From assembly GCA_051531975.1 (NCBI GenBank), contig JAOPTT010000001.1:128001-192000 (forward strand): DNA of 64,000 nucleotides, in the 5' to 3' direction. How positions within the stretch are numbered: the stretch's first letter is position 1; the number at the start of each line of letters is the position of its first letter. This DNA comes from Spirochaetaceae bacterium (GTDB taxonomy: Bacteria > Spirochaetota > Spirochaetia > DSM-2461). This document shows positions 40,293 through 50,559 of the stretch, piece after piece. The notes under the pieces are model-generated. The model saw nothing but the letters and a program-made list of their open reading frames with translations. It was not told the DNA's origin and made no database searches. Made by a program: the position numbers and the translations under genes.

Positions 40293-40877
40293 TTAAAACA
40301 GAGTAATATCACTCTTTGATTCTTTCTCATACTTAGAAAGACTTTTAATATATTCTTCTTCTTTTTCTATAGCTTTATCTATAGCCATTTCCTTAACAAA
40401 AACAGTATTTTCCCCGGTCAGGAAATATAATTTTCTTCCGTAATTATTACCAACATTTTCACTTTCGATTGGAATACCTTCCATTTTTAAAAACTCTCGT
40501 GCAAAAGAAATATTTTTATATCCTATAGATTGAATAGTATCTTGTTTAATAATAATATTTCCACCTCCAAAAATCTTACCTGTAAGGTTTTTTCTTAAAG
40601 CGCCTTTTTTTTGCATCTCAGAAATTAATATTTCCATAGCTTTAATACCATAACGCATTGGTTTATCAGTTAAATGTTCTTTTGAAAATGTACTATTACC
40701 TTCAGGTAACATAAAATGATTCATACCACCAACATTATTTATAACATCAAATAGACACACAGAGATACAAGATCCTAGTACAGTAGAAATAACCTCACCT
40801 TTTGTACCAATATAGAGTTCACCAGCGTATATCGTTATTATTTCATGTTTAAATTTTGGATGATACTTTTTATGCAT
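40293..40877 (-). CDS. cheD: Chemoreceptor glutamine deamidase CheD
   Basis: TVLGSCISVC, GGMNHFMLP and KIFGGG motifs. Confidence 0.95.
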   Translation of the reverse strand: MHKKYHPKFKHEIITIYAGELYIGTKGEVISTVLGSCISVCLFDVINNVGGMNHFMLPEGNSTFSKEHLTDKPMRYGIKAMEILISEMQKKGALRKNLTGKIFGGGNIIIKQDTIQSIGYKNISFAREFLKMEGIPIESENVGNNYGRKLYFLTGENTVFVKEMAIDKAIEKEEEYIKSLSKYEKESKSDITLF

Positions 40878-43021
40878 TATACCCCTTTTTTTGAATCAAG
40901 TAATAAACTTGGAATGTCAAGAATTAAAGCTACATCTCCATTCCCAAGAATTGTAGCACTTGATATATGGTCTACTTTTTTAAAATTTCTTTGCAGAGAC
41001 TTCAAAACTACTTGATATTGCTCAATTACATTATCAACAAGAATCGCAGTTCGTGATCCTCCACTATTAATTACAATTAACTCTGCTTCACTTGGGTCAG
41101 TTATTGAATTCTGAATATTTAAAACTTTATGTAGTCTGATAAGTGGAATATAATCTTTTCGAAAGAGAACAACTTCTCCTCCTCCAGATATGGTTTTTAG
41201 ATTTACTTTATCAGTTTTCATTATTTCTAGAATAGAAAGTGTAGGAACTATATATTTTTCGTTGGAAACACTAATTAACATTCCATCTAATATGGCTAAC
41301 GTTAATGGTAAATAAAGTTTAAATGTTGTTCCAGAACCTTCAACAGATTCTATTGATACATTACCATGTAGTTCATTTATACTACTTTTAACAACATCCA
41401 TTCCAACGCCACGTCCAGATAGATCAGTAACGGTTTCTGCAGTTGATAATCCTGGATGAAAAATAAGATTTAGTATTTCACTATCTGTTAGATTATGATT
41501 TTCATCAATTATTCCGTTCTCAATAGATTTCTTTAGTAGCTTTTCTCTATTTATTCCCCGGCCATCATCAGATATTTCAATGACAACTTTCCCGTCTTGT
41601 AAATAGGCGGACATTTTTAATAAACCTTCACTGCTTTTTCCAAGTGAAACCCTTTCATCTTGTGATTCGATACCATGATCAATGCAATTCCTAACTAAAT
41701 GTTTTATTGGATCATTTAATTTCTCAATCATATTTTTATCTAGTTCAGTGTCTTGACCATTTATTTCTAGTTTTATTTTTTTCCCTTTATCTGTAGCAAT
41801 ATCTCTAACAACTCTTTTAAAACGATCAAATGTACTACTTAAGCTCATCATTCTAAGTGATGTTACCTGCTCCTGTATTAGATGTGTTATGTTTTTTAAT
41901 GAGTCCTGAACTGTTAAAAATCCATCAGGAATTGATTCTCCATACTCTTCTGTTAACATATTTAATCTAGCCTGGGAGATTAATAATTCACTTACTGTAT
42001 TAAATATATTTTCCAGTTTAACAGTTGGTACTCTGATATAGGATTCGATAGTTCGCTCTTCACTTCTTCTATCACTTCTTCTATCAGTCTTCCTTCTATC
42101 TTTCTTTACTTCAGTTATAACTTCAACCTCAGGTTCACTCTCAACAATTGTTACCTCAGTTTCTGTAATTATATTATCAATTATTATTTCCTGAAGATTT
42201 TCTATGACCGGGTTATCAACATCTATAGTAATAAAATCTGTCAATATTTTACCATTAATCTTGAACTCTTCTAAAGATTCAGTATCATTTAAAGTCTCTG
42301 TTAATCCAACGATAGAGATATCACACTCATCTATTACAAAACAAAAAATATCATTAATATCTCTCTCTAATGATTCTGTTTCATAAAATATTTTCCACTT
42401 TAAATAGAAATTTTCTGGGTCAAAGGTAGAAACATCTGGAAAATCATCTATATTAGTTTCTATAAATAGTATTTTCCCCATTTTTTCCAGGTCTGATAAA
42501 AACATTGTGGGATCTATACCTGTAATAAAAATTGATTCGTAATATTCTAAGTTTATGTAATAGTAGTTTGTACATTTATCACTGTCTTCTACTGAGTTAT
42601 TAACTATATCATTCTCAGTTTGTTCTGAATCCAAATACGTTTTTATTTCTGAAATAACATCTTCTGTTGTTACATCCTTATTAGAATCAAGTCCATCTTT
42701 TATATTTGATATCATAAGTTTTAATATATCCAAAGACCGCAAGACTACTGATATTAAATCCTTTTCAATGGAAAGAACACCACTCCTTATATTTTCAAAC
42801 AGATCCTCAACTATATGGGTAAAGTCTTGGATTCCTTTAAACCCTGCTAAACCGGCTCCACCTTTAATGGAATGTATTGCTCTAAAAATCTCATTTATCA
42901 TAGCTATATCGTCAGGATGTTCTTCGATTCCTATGATTCGAGATTCAAGAATTTCAATATTTTCCTCCGCTTCTTGGATAAATATATCGTGGAGGATATT
43001 ATCCATTTCTGACTTACTCAC
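40877..43021 (-). CDS. cheA: Chemotaxis histidine kinase CheA
   Basis: HPt FRAIHSIKG; HLVRNCIDHGIE; SGRGVGMDVV; LPLTLAI; C-terminal CheW domain. Confidence 0.97.
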   Translation of the reverse strand: MSKSEMDNILHDIFIQEAEENIEILESRIIGIEEHPDDIAMINEIFRAIHSIKGGAGLAGFKGIQDFTHIVEDLFENIRSGVLSIEKDLISVVLRSLDILKLMISNIKDGLDSNKDVTTEDVISEIKTYLDSEQTENDIVNNSVEDSDKCTNYYYINLEYYESIFITGIDPTMFLSDLEKMGKILFIETNIDDFPDVSTFDPENFYLKWKIFYETESLERDINDIFCFVIDECDISIVGLTETLNDTESLEEFKINGKILTDFITIDVDNPVIENLQEIIIDNIITETEVTIVESEPEVEVITEVKKDRRKTDRRSDRRSEERTIESYIRVPTVKLENIFNTVSELLISQARLNMLTEEYGESIPDGFLTVQDSLKNITHLIQEQVTSLRMMSLSSTFDRFKRVVRDIATDKGKKIKLEINGQDTELDKNMIEKLNDPIKHLVRNCIDHGIESQDERVSLGKSSEGLLKMSAYLQDGKVVIEISDDGRGINREKLLKKSIENGIIDENHNLTDSEILNLIFHPGLSTAETVTDLSGRGVGMDVVKSSINELHGNVSIESVEGSGTTFKLYLPLTLAILDGMLISVSNEKYIVPTLSILEIMKTDKVNLKTISGGGEVVLFRKDYIPLIRLHKVLNIQNSITDPSEAELIVINSGGSRTAILVDNVIEQYQVVLKSLQRNFKKVDHISSATILGNGDVALILDIPSLLLDSKKGV

Positions 43022-43385
43022 CTGTGAATCTCTTCATTACTGAAATTAAAGCTTCAGGTTCAAAGGGTTTTACTATCCAACCACTGGCACCAGCTGCTTT
43101 ACCTTCCATTTTTTTTGATTCTTGAGATTCTGTTGTTAAAAAAAGTATTGGTGTAAATTTGAATTCAGGTATTTCCCGAACCTTTTTAATTAGTGTTATA
43201 CCATCCATATTTGGCATATTTACATCGAATAGAAAGACATCAATTGTTGTAGGACATTTTGGTATTTTATCTAATGCGATTACACCATCTTCAGCCAATT
43301 CCACATTATAACCCGCTTTTTTTAAAGTATATTGTATTGAAGCTCTGGCAGTAGGTGAATCGTCAACTGCAAATATTGTTTTCAT
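43014..43385 (-). CDS. cheY: CheY-like response regulator
   Basis: VDDS, DVNMP, LTTE and VKPF motifs; start at ATG 43385 fits AAGGAG spacing. Confidence 0.92.
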   Translation of the reverse strand: MKTIFAVDDSPTARASIQYTLKKAGYNVELAEDGVIALDKIPKCPTTIDVFLFDVNMPNMDGITLIKKVREIPEFKFTPILFLTTESQESKKMEGKAAGASGWIVKPFEPEALISVMKRFTGE

Positions 43386-43386
43386 A

Positions 43387-43650
43387 TTAAACATCTCCTT
43401 GTGTGTAATTTATTCTATGAAATTCTAACCTGTTTTTTATATATTCTGAAATATCATTTACTAAATATTCATTTGGGAAACTTTTTGATATAGATATTAT
43501 ATAGACCACAAGTTGAAACCCAGCACCATCAAGACTTTCAACATTATGGAAGTCTATATTAACAGGTTTATCCAATAACATAATGTTATCCCAAACACTC
43601 TTAACATTTCTAATTTTAATATCATTTTCTAAACAAAATACACTACCCAT
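43387..43650 (-). CDS. STAS-domain protein
   Basis: IDFHNVESLDGAGFQL motif; typical position upstream of cheY-cheA. Confidence 0.8.
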   Translation of the reverse strand: MGSVFCLENDIKIRNVKSVWDNIMLLDKPVNIDFHNVESLDGAGFQLVVYIISISKSFPNEYLVNDISEYIKNRLEFHRINYTQGDV

Positions 43651-43661
43651 TTATTCCTCTT

Positions 43662-45503
43662 TTAAAAAAATGTTATATCAGAACCTGAAGATTTTTCTAT
43701 TTCAATTTCTGAGAATTCTGCTGCTATTGTTATTCTTTCTTCATCTACTGTTAATCTAGATAGGATTGATTGAAAAATTGTCTCTTTAAAATGACAATCA
43801 TTTAAATCAAGTGCTCCACCAATTTTATTGAGTTTTCTTTCTATATCGTTACGCATGTGACTTGAATTATTAATTTTTGTCTCCATATCTTCATGTAAAA
43901 GTCGTAACCCTTTAAACATTATGTTGTAATTACCAACTTGTTCAGTTAAACCATCAGTTATCAATAATACTGAGTTGTAGTTTTCTTGAAAAAGTTCTTC
44001 TGTTTTATCCAATATTTTAACCGACTCATTTAGATCAAGTTCAATTTTTGAAAAATTATTATCTTCAGAATCAAATTCAGATGATACTTTTTCTAGATTT
44101 AATTCTACCAAGTCAAAGGATTCTTGCATTCGAGATATGATATCAATTAATTCATCGAAAGAATCATGGGAAAATAAACTATCTTGATCAGGGATATCTA
44201 AATTATTTCTTGCTTGTTCCACACTAGCTAAAAACAGTAAGTTTTTTACTGATTCAAACATAGGTAAAAAGGATATAGTTTTATCTTTATTTGTTGATAA
44301 TAAATTTCTTATTCGAATAAATGCTTTAAGAATACTACTTTTATAACTCTGACTTTCGTTGATACTTATAATTATATTATCAATAGAAACCTTAGGGTCT
44401 AAAAAAATCTTATGGATAAAAGATGATATTTTTTCTCCACCAGACATAATTAGTTTATCAAATAGATGTTTATCAGAGTTAATTTCATTAATAGTGTCTG
44501 AGATTAAACTGAAATCTCGTTCCATACATTCTAACATTTCTAGAATTTCTGAATTTATTCTGTACATCTGTTTTTCAGTTGTTATTAACAGAAATTTTAA
44601 TAAAGTTAATATATTTCTTGATTCATTTATTTCAAAATCATTAGATTTTAATGTAACATCTTTATTTAAAATCTGTGAATTTTTTGATAAAACTACTAAA
44701 ATATCGTTTACAGCTTCAGTTAAATGAACCATCTGTTGATGTATTATATCCTGCTTCTGTAAATCTGACATTACAGATCCAATTGGGATTTTAACATTAT
44801 TAAATCTTTTTAACAGATCAGTAATAATAGTTTCAAAGTTATGCATACTATTTTCAGAAGATTTTAACAGTTCTTTTGACTCAATAGAAAGCTTTTTGAC
44901 TTGGTTATCGGAAAATTCTTCAAAGTTCTTTATCAATTCTAAAAAAACATCAACTTCAGAATCCATCTGATCTCTTATTATATTAATACTTCTAGTACCT
45001 TTAGCTATCTCTTCAGATAGTTTTATAAATTCTCCAGATATTATCTGATATCCCCGCCCATTAGTACCCTCTTTTTGTGAATAAACAATTGAGTTTATAG
45101 CAAAAACTTTTAAGTTTTCAGAAATATTAAAGATGTTTTTAATTTTTGAAATAGCTGCTTTTGATGTATCAATTGTTTGTCTAAGTTCTTCAAAGATAAT
45201 TTTATCTTCACTATCTGATGAATCAAAAAGGCTAAGTGCATTATTTATATATGTATGGAAGTTAGTTAATTCATGTTTAACACCAAATGCATTTTCTGAA
45301 GATTCACTAGAAAAAACAAATTTAAGTAGAAAATTAGCCTCTTTAATACTCTCATCAATTTGATCTTCCATTTTAGGTAGATTCTCTGAAATGTCCACAA
45401 TGGTATTTTCATATTCCGATGTATACTGATTCAGATCATTAACAAATCCATTTAATTGTTGTGAAATATGTTGTTTATTAACTGAATCAATTAAATTAGC
45501 CAT
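43662..45503 (-). CDS. Atypical soluble chemoreceptor-like coiled-coil protein
   Basis: Degenerate hairpin tip LKVFAINSIVYSQKEGTNGRGYQIISGEFIKLS; LQKQDIIHQQ; no TM; ends DITFF. Confidence 0.7.
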   Translation of the reverse strand: MANLIDSVNKQHISQQLNGFVNDLNQYTSEYENTIVDISENLPKMEDQIDESIKEANFLLKFVFSSESSENAFGVKHELTNFHTYINNALSLFDSSDSEDKIIFEELRQTIDTSKAAISKIKNIFNISENLKVFAINSIVYSQKEGTNGRGYQIISGEFIKLSEEIAKGTRSINIIRDQMDSEVDVFLELIKNFEEFSDNQVKKLSIESKELLKSSENSMHNFETIITDLLKRFNNVKIPIGSVMSDLQKQDIIHQQMVHLTEAVNDILVVLSKNSQILNKDVTLKSNDFEINESRNILTLLKFLLITTEKQMYRINSEILEMLECMERDFSLISDTINEINSDKHLFDKLIMSGGEKISSFIHKIFLDPKVSIDNIIISINESQSYKSSILKAFIRIRNLLSTNKDKTISFLPMFESVKNLLFLASVEQARNNLDIPDQDSLFSHDSFDELIDIISRMQESFDLVELNLEKVSSEFDSEDNNFSKIELDLNESVKILDKTEELFQENYNSVLLITDGLTEQVGNYNIMFKGLRLLHEDMETKINNSSHMRNDIERKLNKIGGALDLNDCHFKETIFQSILSRLTVDEERITIAAEFSEIEIEKSSGSDITFF

Positions 45504-45530
45504 TTATCCCCTATTCATTTTTTAAATTTA

Positions 45531-46055
45531 TTATGCTTTTGCAACGACACTCTCTAAAACAGAAGTTTCATCTTCTGTTAAGAAATTTTTCATATTAATG
45601 ATAATAACCATACGGTTACCAACTTTACCAATTTTTTCAATAAAATTTACATCTATTGTACTACTAAACTCAGGTGTTTCACTTAAATTTTCCTTTGTAA
45701 TACTTAGTACATCTGAGACTGAATCTACTATAAAACCTATTGTTTTTAGATTATCATTCCCTGTCTGAGCAATAATGACAATTGAGTTATCATTTAGTTC
45801 CTTCTCTTCTAAATGAAAACGACTTCGTAATACATACAAAGGAATGATGTTGCCTCTTAAATTTATTAAACCAGATATATATTCAGGAACCCCGGGTACT
45901 CTAGTTAAATTAGGTAAAGATATTATTTCTTGTACAGATAAAATAGGAACACCATACTCCTCATCTGCAATAGAAAAAACTACATATTGATTTGATATAT
46001 CCATATTCAATTGTGAAACAAGCATATCTTCTTCTTCGTCTTCATAGTTTTCCAT
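45531..46055 (-). CDS. cheW: Chemotaxis coupling protein CheW
   Basis: EEYGVPILSVQEI, GLINLRGNIIP and GFIVDSVSDV motifs. Confidence 0.96.
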   Translation of the reverse strand: MENYEDEEEDMLVSQLNMDISNQYVVFSIADEEYGVPILSVQEIISLPNLTRVPGVPEYISGLINLRGNIIPLYVLRSRFHLEEKELNDNSIVIIAQTGNDNLKTIGFIVDSVSDVLSITKENLSETPEFSSTIDVNFIEKIGKVGNRMVIIINMKNFLTEDETSVLESVVAKA

Positions 46056-46071
46056 GAATTATATCTCCTTC

Positions 46072-48084
46072 TTAAAATTCTGAAAAATCTGATTCATCTA
46101 GAACATTTGAAAATTGCTCATAGGTTTCAGAGTTTTTCTTTACTGGTTTATTTTTAGGACTCTCTTTTTTCTTTTTATGTATTAGCTTTACTTCAGTGTT
46201 ATTTTTACTGGTTTCTCTATCAATTTTAAAGAAGTTAATACTTGAATTAAGTTCCTGAACTTGTGAAGATAACTCTTCTGTTGAAGCTGCAGCCTCTTCA
46301 ACTAATGCAGCATTTTTTTGCGTATTATCATCTAAAGAAGTGAGTGTTTTATCTATTTGATCAACACTTGATAATTGTTCTTGGGAAGCTGCGGAGATTT
46401 CACCAACTAAAGCTGTTACTTTTTTAACAGAACCATTTATCTCTATTAACATCTCTCCAGCTTTATTTGCAATTTCTACACCTTCATTTACTTTAACTTT
46501 ACTAGTTTTAATAATCTCTGCAATCTCACTTGCTGCTTTATCTGATCTTTTTGCTAATTTTCGTACTTCTACTGCAACAACAGCAAATCCTTTACCCTGT
46601 TCTCCAGCTCGAGCAGCTTCAATTGAAGCATTCAGTGCTAATAAGTTTGTTTGAAAAGCTATATTATTTATTACTTCAATAATATCTGCAATTCTATTAC
46701 TAGAAACACTTATATCGTTCATTGACTCAATCATTGTATCTACTGCTTTTGAACCTTCTCCGGTTTTATCTAAAGCTTCATTTGATAAACTATTAGCAGT
46801 ACCAGTATTATCTGCATTTGATCTAATAGATGAGTTCATCTCTTCGATTGCTGCCGAAGTTTCTTCTAGAGCTGTAGCTTGTTGCTCAGTTCTATCAGAT
46901 AAATCCTGATTTCCAGTAGCTAATTGCTGACTAGCACCTACAATCTGATCTGCACCAGATAAAACGTTACTAACAATCTCTGTTAACTGTGTAACCATAC
47001 CATTCATTGATTTATATATACCTTGTGGATTTGCTTTATCAAACAGAATATTCAGATTCCCATTGGAAACTTCCTTAACTATTTTAGCTATTTCATCAGG
47101 TTCTCCACCAATTTGTACCGTTATAGTTTTTGTTACAAACATAGATAAAAGAATAGCTACCAAAGAAGCAATAATTGAACCTAATATTATTACAATATTA
47201 GCTGAAGTTCTCTGGGTTTCAGCAGATTTGTTTCTTACAACTAACAGATCTGACTCCATTCCTACAAATCCAGCGATATCGGCTCTAATACCATCCATAT
47301 AAATTTTACCAATATTTTGTGCTAATATATTATTTAAATATTCACGATCTTTTAATAAAATAGTATTTTTAGTATCTTGAATCTGTATTTCAGCATAATT
47401 ATCTATCCAGTCAGTTATCATTGATGTAATTTTAGGTTCCCCTAATTCTGATAAATTAGCATAAACATCTTGTTTCCCTTGCTTATATGGATCAAGAAAT
47501 TCTTCTGCTTCTGCTGATAAAAATCCTCTTAAACCTGTTTCCATATTGATCATATTTAAAATTATATCTTCTGTTATATCTGAATCAATATCACTAATTT
47601 CAGATCTAAACTTATCCATTTTATCTTTACCAACACCTGTCACCATTCTTTGAACAACTCGATCTAATAATATATCATGATCTATTATTTCTCTTCTAAT
47701 TTCTATAAACAAAGAAGCTGCTTTTTTATCCCAGTCACTACTAGCTTGCTCTATTTTATTTAGTCTATCAACTTGTACCTTATTATCACTTACTTCTTCT
47801 TTTAAAAGTTCCATTAACTTTTGAAACCCTATTTTTCCATTTGTATATGGCTCTAGATAATCCTCGTTTCCAGTTGCAAGAAATCCTCTCATACCAGTCT
47901 CTTGATCAACCATGAAGCTTAATAACTCCTCACCTTGGCCAATAACTTCATAGGTATGACTAACCCAACCTTGATTTTCTTCTAACTTACCCATAGTAAT
48001 AAAAATGACAACACATACTGTTAGAAATATGACAATTGTTGCAATATTTGTTAAGATAATTTTACTTCCAATTTTTAACTTCAT
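46072..48084 (-). CDS. Methyl-accepting chemotaxis protein with duplicated CHASE3 sensor
   Basis: ETGMRGFL and ETGLRGFL repeats; [30 protein letters not shown] tip; C-terminal pentapeptide DFSEF. Confidence 0.95.
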   Translation of the reverse strand: MKLKIGSKIILTNIATIVIFLTVCVVIFITMGKLEENQGWVSHTYEVIGQGEELLSFMVDQETGMRGFLATGNEDYLEPYTNGKIGFQKLMELLKEEVSDNKVQVDRLNKIEQASSDWDKKAASLFIEIRREIIDHDILLDRVVQRMVTGVGKDKMDKFRSEISDIDSDITEDIILNMINMETGLRGFLSAEAEEFLDPYKQGKQDVYANLSELGEPKITSMITDWIDNYAEIQIQDTKNTILLKDREYLNNILAQNIGKIYMDGIRADIAGFVGMESDLLVVRNKSAETQRTSANIVIILGSIIASLVAILLSMFVTKTITVQIGGEPDEIAKIVKEVSNGNLNILFDKANPQGIYKSMNGMVTQLTEIVSNVLSGADQIVGASQQLATGNQDLSDRTEQQATALEETSAAIEEMNSSIRSNADNTGTANSLSNEALDKTGEGSKAVDTMIESMNDISVSSNRIADIIEVINNIAFQTNLLALNASIEAARAGEQGKGFAVVAVEVRKLAKRSDKAASEIAEIIKTSKVKVNEGVEIANKAGEMLIEINGSVKKVTALVGEISAASQEQLSSVDQIDKTLTSLDDNTQKNAALVEEAAASTEELSSQVQELNSSINFFKIDRETSKNNTEVKLIHKKKKESPKNKPVKKNSETYEQFSNVLDESDFSEF

Positions 48085-48219
48085 AACTAATCCTTTACTT
48101 TAGAGTTATAAATAATTGTTATACATAAGGATTCAGAATTCAATGAAATATTTTTTATAACTTCTTTTACTTCAAATTAAACAATAATTGTTCTAAAGCT
48201 TTAATATCATATATTTTAA

Positions 48220-48246
48220 TAAGTATTGAGAAAAATATTCCGATAT
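48220..48246 (+). promoter_or_regulatory. Putative sigma-28 (FliA) promoter
   Basis: TAAG-N15-TCCGATAT versus consensus TAAA-N15-GCCGATAA, 32 bp upstream of 48279. Confidence 0.55.
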
Positions 48247-48278
48247 TAAGTATATATATTTTTTTTTAAGAGGTCATA

Positions 48279-48614
48279 GTGGTTAAAGAGTTTGAAGTAC
48301 ACCAAAAATTACAAAAAATTGAGAAGTTATACTACGGTGCAAAAACTACAGGAGAAAGGGTATCTGCTAAAAAAGCAAAGGTTCGAATATTAAATAAAAT
48401 AAAATCCGAAGATAAAGCTACAATTTATAAATTTAAGTTAGATAATGAATTAAATGTTGATCTGCTTTTAAATGTTATGTATAAATACGAGATAGATGAG
48501 TTTAAAAAGTCTAAAAAACAACCAACAACAGTAATAGCAAAAGTATCAGCAAAATTTGTTGACCGCGTATTATGGCCTGAATATCTTTCAACACCTAAAA
48601 AAATGATTATATAA
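48279..48614 (+). CDS. Small basic hypothetical protein on the opposite strand within the che cluster
   Basis: GAGG RBS and GTG start; KLQKIEKLYYGAKTTGER and FVDRVLWPEY resemble a conserved hypothetical family (recalled, not searched). Confidence 0.7.
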   Translation: MVKEFEVHQKLQKIEKLYYGAKTTGERVSAKKAKVRILNKIKSEDKATIYKFKLDNELNVDLLLNVMYKYEIDEFKKSKKQPTTVIAKVSAKFVDRVLWPEYLSTPKKMII

Positions 48615-48640
48615 TAAGGATGAAGACTCAAGCTACTAAA

Positions 48641-49696
48641 TTAGCCTCCGTTATTTATATAATTACAAATTTCTTGTGCAATATTATTTAATGGAACTAC
48701 TATATGATGTGCATTAAACTCAAAAGCTTTACCAGGCATACCCCAAACAACACTTGATTTTTCGTCTTGTATAATATTATAACTACCTGCCTCTTTCATC
48801 TTTAACATAGCTTTTGAACCATCATCACCCATGCCTGTTAGTAATACACCAATAACATTCCGGCCACAATAATTGGCTGCTGAGTTAAACAGTACAGCAA
48901 CTGAAGGACGGTGGTAGTGTACTTTTGGACCTTCTTTTATCTGAATAAGGTATTTTGCACCACTTGATATTACCGAACAATGCTGATCCCCAGGAGCAAT
49001 ATATACGTGACCATTTTTAATTTGTTCACCACTTTTTGCAAGTTTAACTGACAAACCTAAATTTTTGTCTAATCTATCTGCAAATGCTTGTGAAAATTTT
49101 AATGGCATATGTTGAACAATCACAATTCCTGGAATATCAACTGGTAATTCAGATAATATATCCATAATTGCTGTTGTTCCACCTGTAGATGATCCAAGTA
49201 CAATTATTTTATCGGTTGTGCTTCTTGTTGCTGTAAAATGTCTTTGAACTGGCTTCAATGAGCTGCTACTTTTATTAAATCGTTGTATAAGTTTATCCCT
49301 AACTGAAGGATGCCCTGCACTACGTATAGCATCAATTACAGATTGCTTCATTTCAGGTAATTCTAAAATATCCATGGGTTTTGTTAATACTGCAAAGGCA
49401 CCTAATTCTAATGCCTGTAAACTTATATTAGCATTTTTAGTAGTTAAAGATGATAGTATAATAACAGGTGTTGGTTTAGCTTTCATTAACTTCTCTAGAA
49501 AAGTTAATCCATCCATTCTAGGCATTTCGATATCTAATATAACTACGTCTATGTTATCTTTTTTTAACTTTGGAATTGCAAAAATAGGATCAAATGCTGT
49601 ATCGACTAATACAATATCATTAACTGATGATATTATATCCGCTATAACCTTTCGAACTAGTGCTGAATCATCTATTGCTAATACATTTATGCTCAT
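48641..49696 (-). CDS. cheB: Chemotaxis methylesterase CheB
   Basis: REC domain plus GSSTGG, VQHMP and LTGMGDDG motifs. Confidence 0.97.
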   Translation of the reverse strand: MSINVLAIDDSALVRKVIADIISSVNDIVLVDTAFDPIFAIPKLKKDNIDVVILDIEMPRMDGLTFLEKLMKAKPTPVIILSSLTTKNANISLQALELGAFAVLTKPMDILELPEMKQSVIDAIRSAGHPSVRDKLIQRFNKSSSSLKPVQRHFTATRSTTDKIIVLGSSTGGTTAIMDILSELPVDIPGIVIVQHMPLKFSQAFADRLDKNLGLSVKLAKSGEQIKNGHVYIAPGDQHCSVISSGAKYLIQIKEGPKVHYHRPSVAVLFNSAANYCGRNVIGVLLTGMGDDGSKAMLKMKEAGSYNIIQDEKSSVVWGMPGKAFEFNAHHIVVPLNNIAQEICNYINNGG

Positions 49697-50511
49697 TATT
49701 CTATCCTTTTATATATAGATCTACCTACAATCTCAAATTTAGTAGAGATTCCGCTTAATGACTCACTATGACCTAAAAATAGTAGTCCCCCAGGTTTAAG
49801 ACTATGATAAAGTCGTTCAATAAGGTCAATTTTAGTCTGTTTATCAAAATATATTATAACATTCCTTAAAAAAATTATGTCCATTAAAGGTAGATTATAT
49901 TTAGAGTCATCTAAGTTAATTCGAAGGAACTTTATTTTTTTTATATAGTTATTTTTAACTTTTACTTGCTCTTTACTCTCTCCAGAGCCTCTTAAAAAGT
50001 ACTCTTTTTTTAAATCATCACCTATATTCTCTATTTCCTTAGAATTAAAGGTTCCATTAGAGGCTGAAGTTAAAACCTTTCTACTTATATCTGATGCAAA
50101 TAATTTATATATAATATTACAATTGTTCTTCTTTTCAAATTCTAAGAGTGTTATTAGTATTGAATAGATCTCTTGACCTGTCGATGACGCAGCTGACCAA
50201 ATTTTTAACTCTTTATTTTTATAGTCAGATAAAACATGAGTTGTCATAAACTCAAAATGATGAACTTCTCTAAAAAAGTTAGAGAAATTAGTTGTAAGTG
50301 AGTCTATCATTGTCAAAAATTCTTCACCTATTATATCTTTATTTTCTAAATAGTCTATATATTCAGAAAAACTACCTAGGTTTAAGAAACGTATTCTTTT
50401 AGAGAGTCTAGCAATTATTAATGAACGCTTTTGATCTGTGAACTTTATCTTTGCATATTCATATGCTCGATCGGTAATATATTTAAAATTTTTATCAGTT
50501 AGATTATACAA
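49696..50511 (-). CDS. cheR: Chemotaxis methyltransferase CheR
   Basis: LTTNFSNFFRE, IWSAASSTGQE, RNVIIYFD and LGHSESL motifs; TTG start behind GGAGG. Confidence 0.96.
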   Translation of the reverse strand: MYNLTDKNFKYITDRAYEYAKIKFTDQKRSLIIARLSKRIRFLNLGSFSEYIDYLENKDIIGEEFLTMIDSLTTNFSNFFREVHHFEFMTTHVLSDYKNKELKIWSAASSTGQEIYSILITLLEFEKKNNCNIIYKLFASDISRKVLTSASNGTFNSKEIENIGDDLKKEYFLRGSGESKEQVKVKNNYIKKIKFLRINLDDSKYNLPLMDIIFLRNVIIYFDKQTKIDLIERLYHSLKPGGLLFLGHSESLSGISTKFEIVGRSIYKRIE

Positions 50512-50559
50512 AGAACCTCCGTTCAGAATACTGTAATACCAAAGATTTAGTCTTCATAT

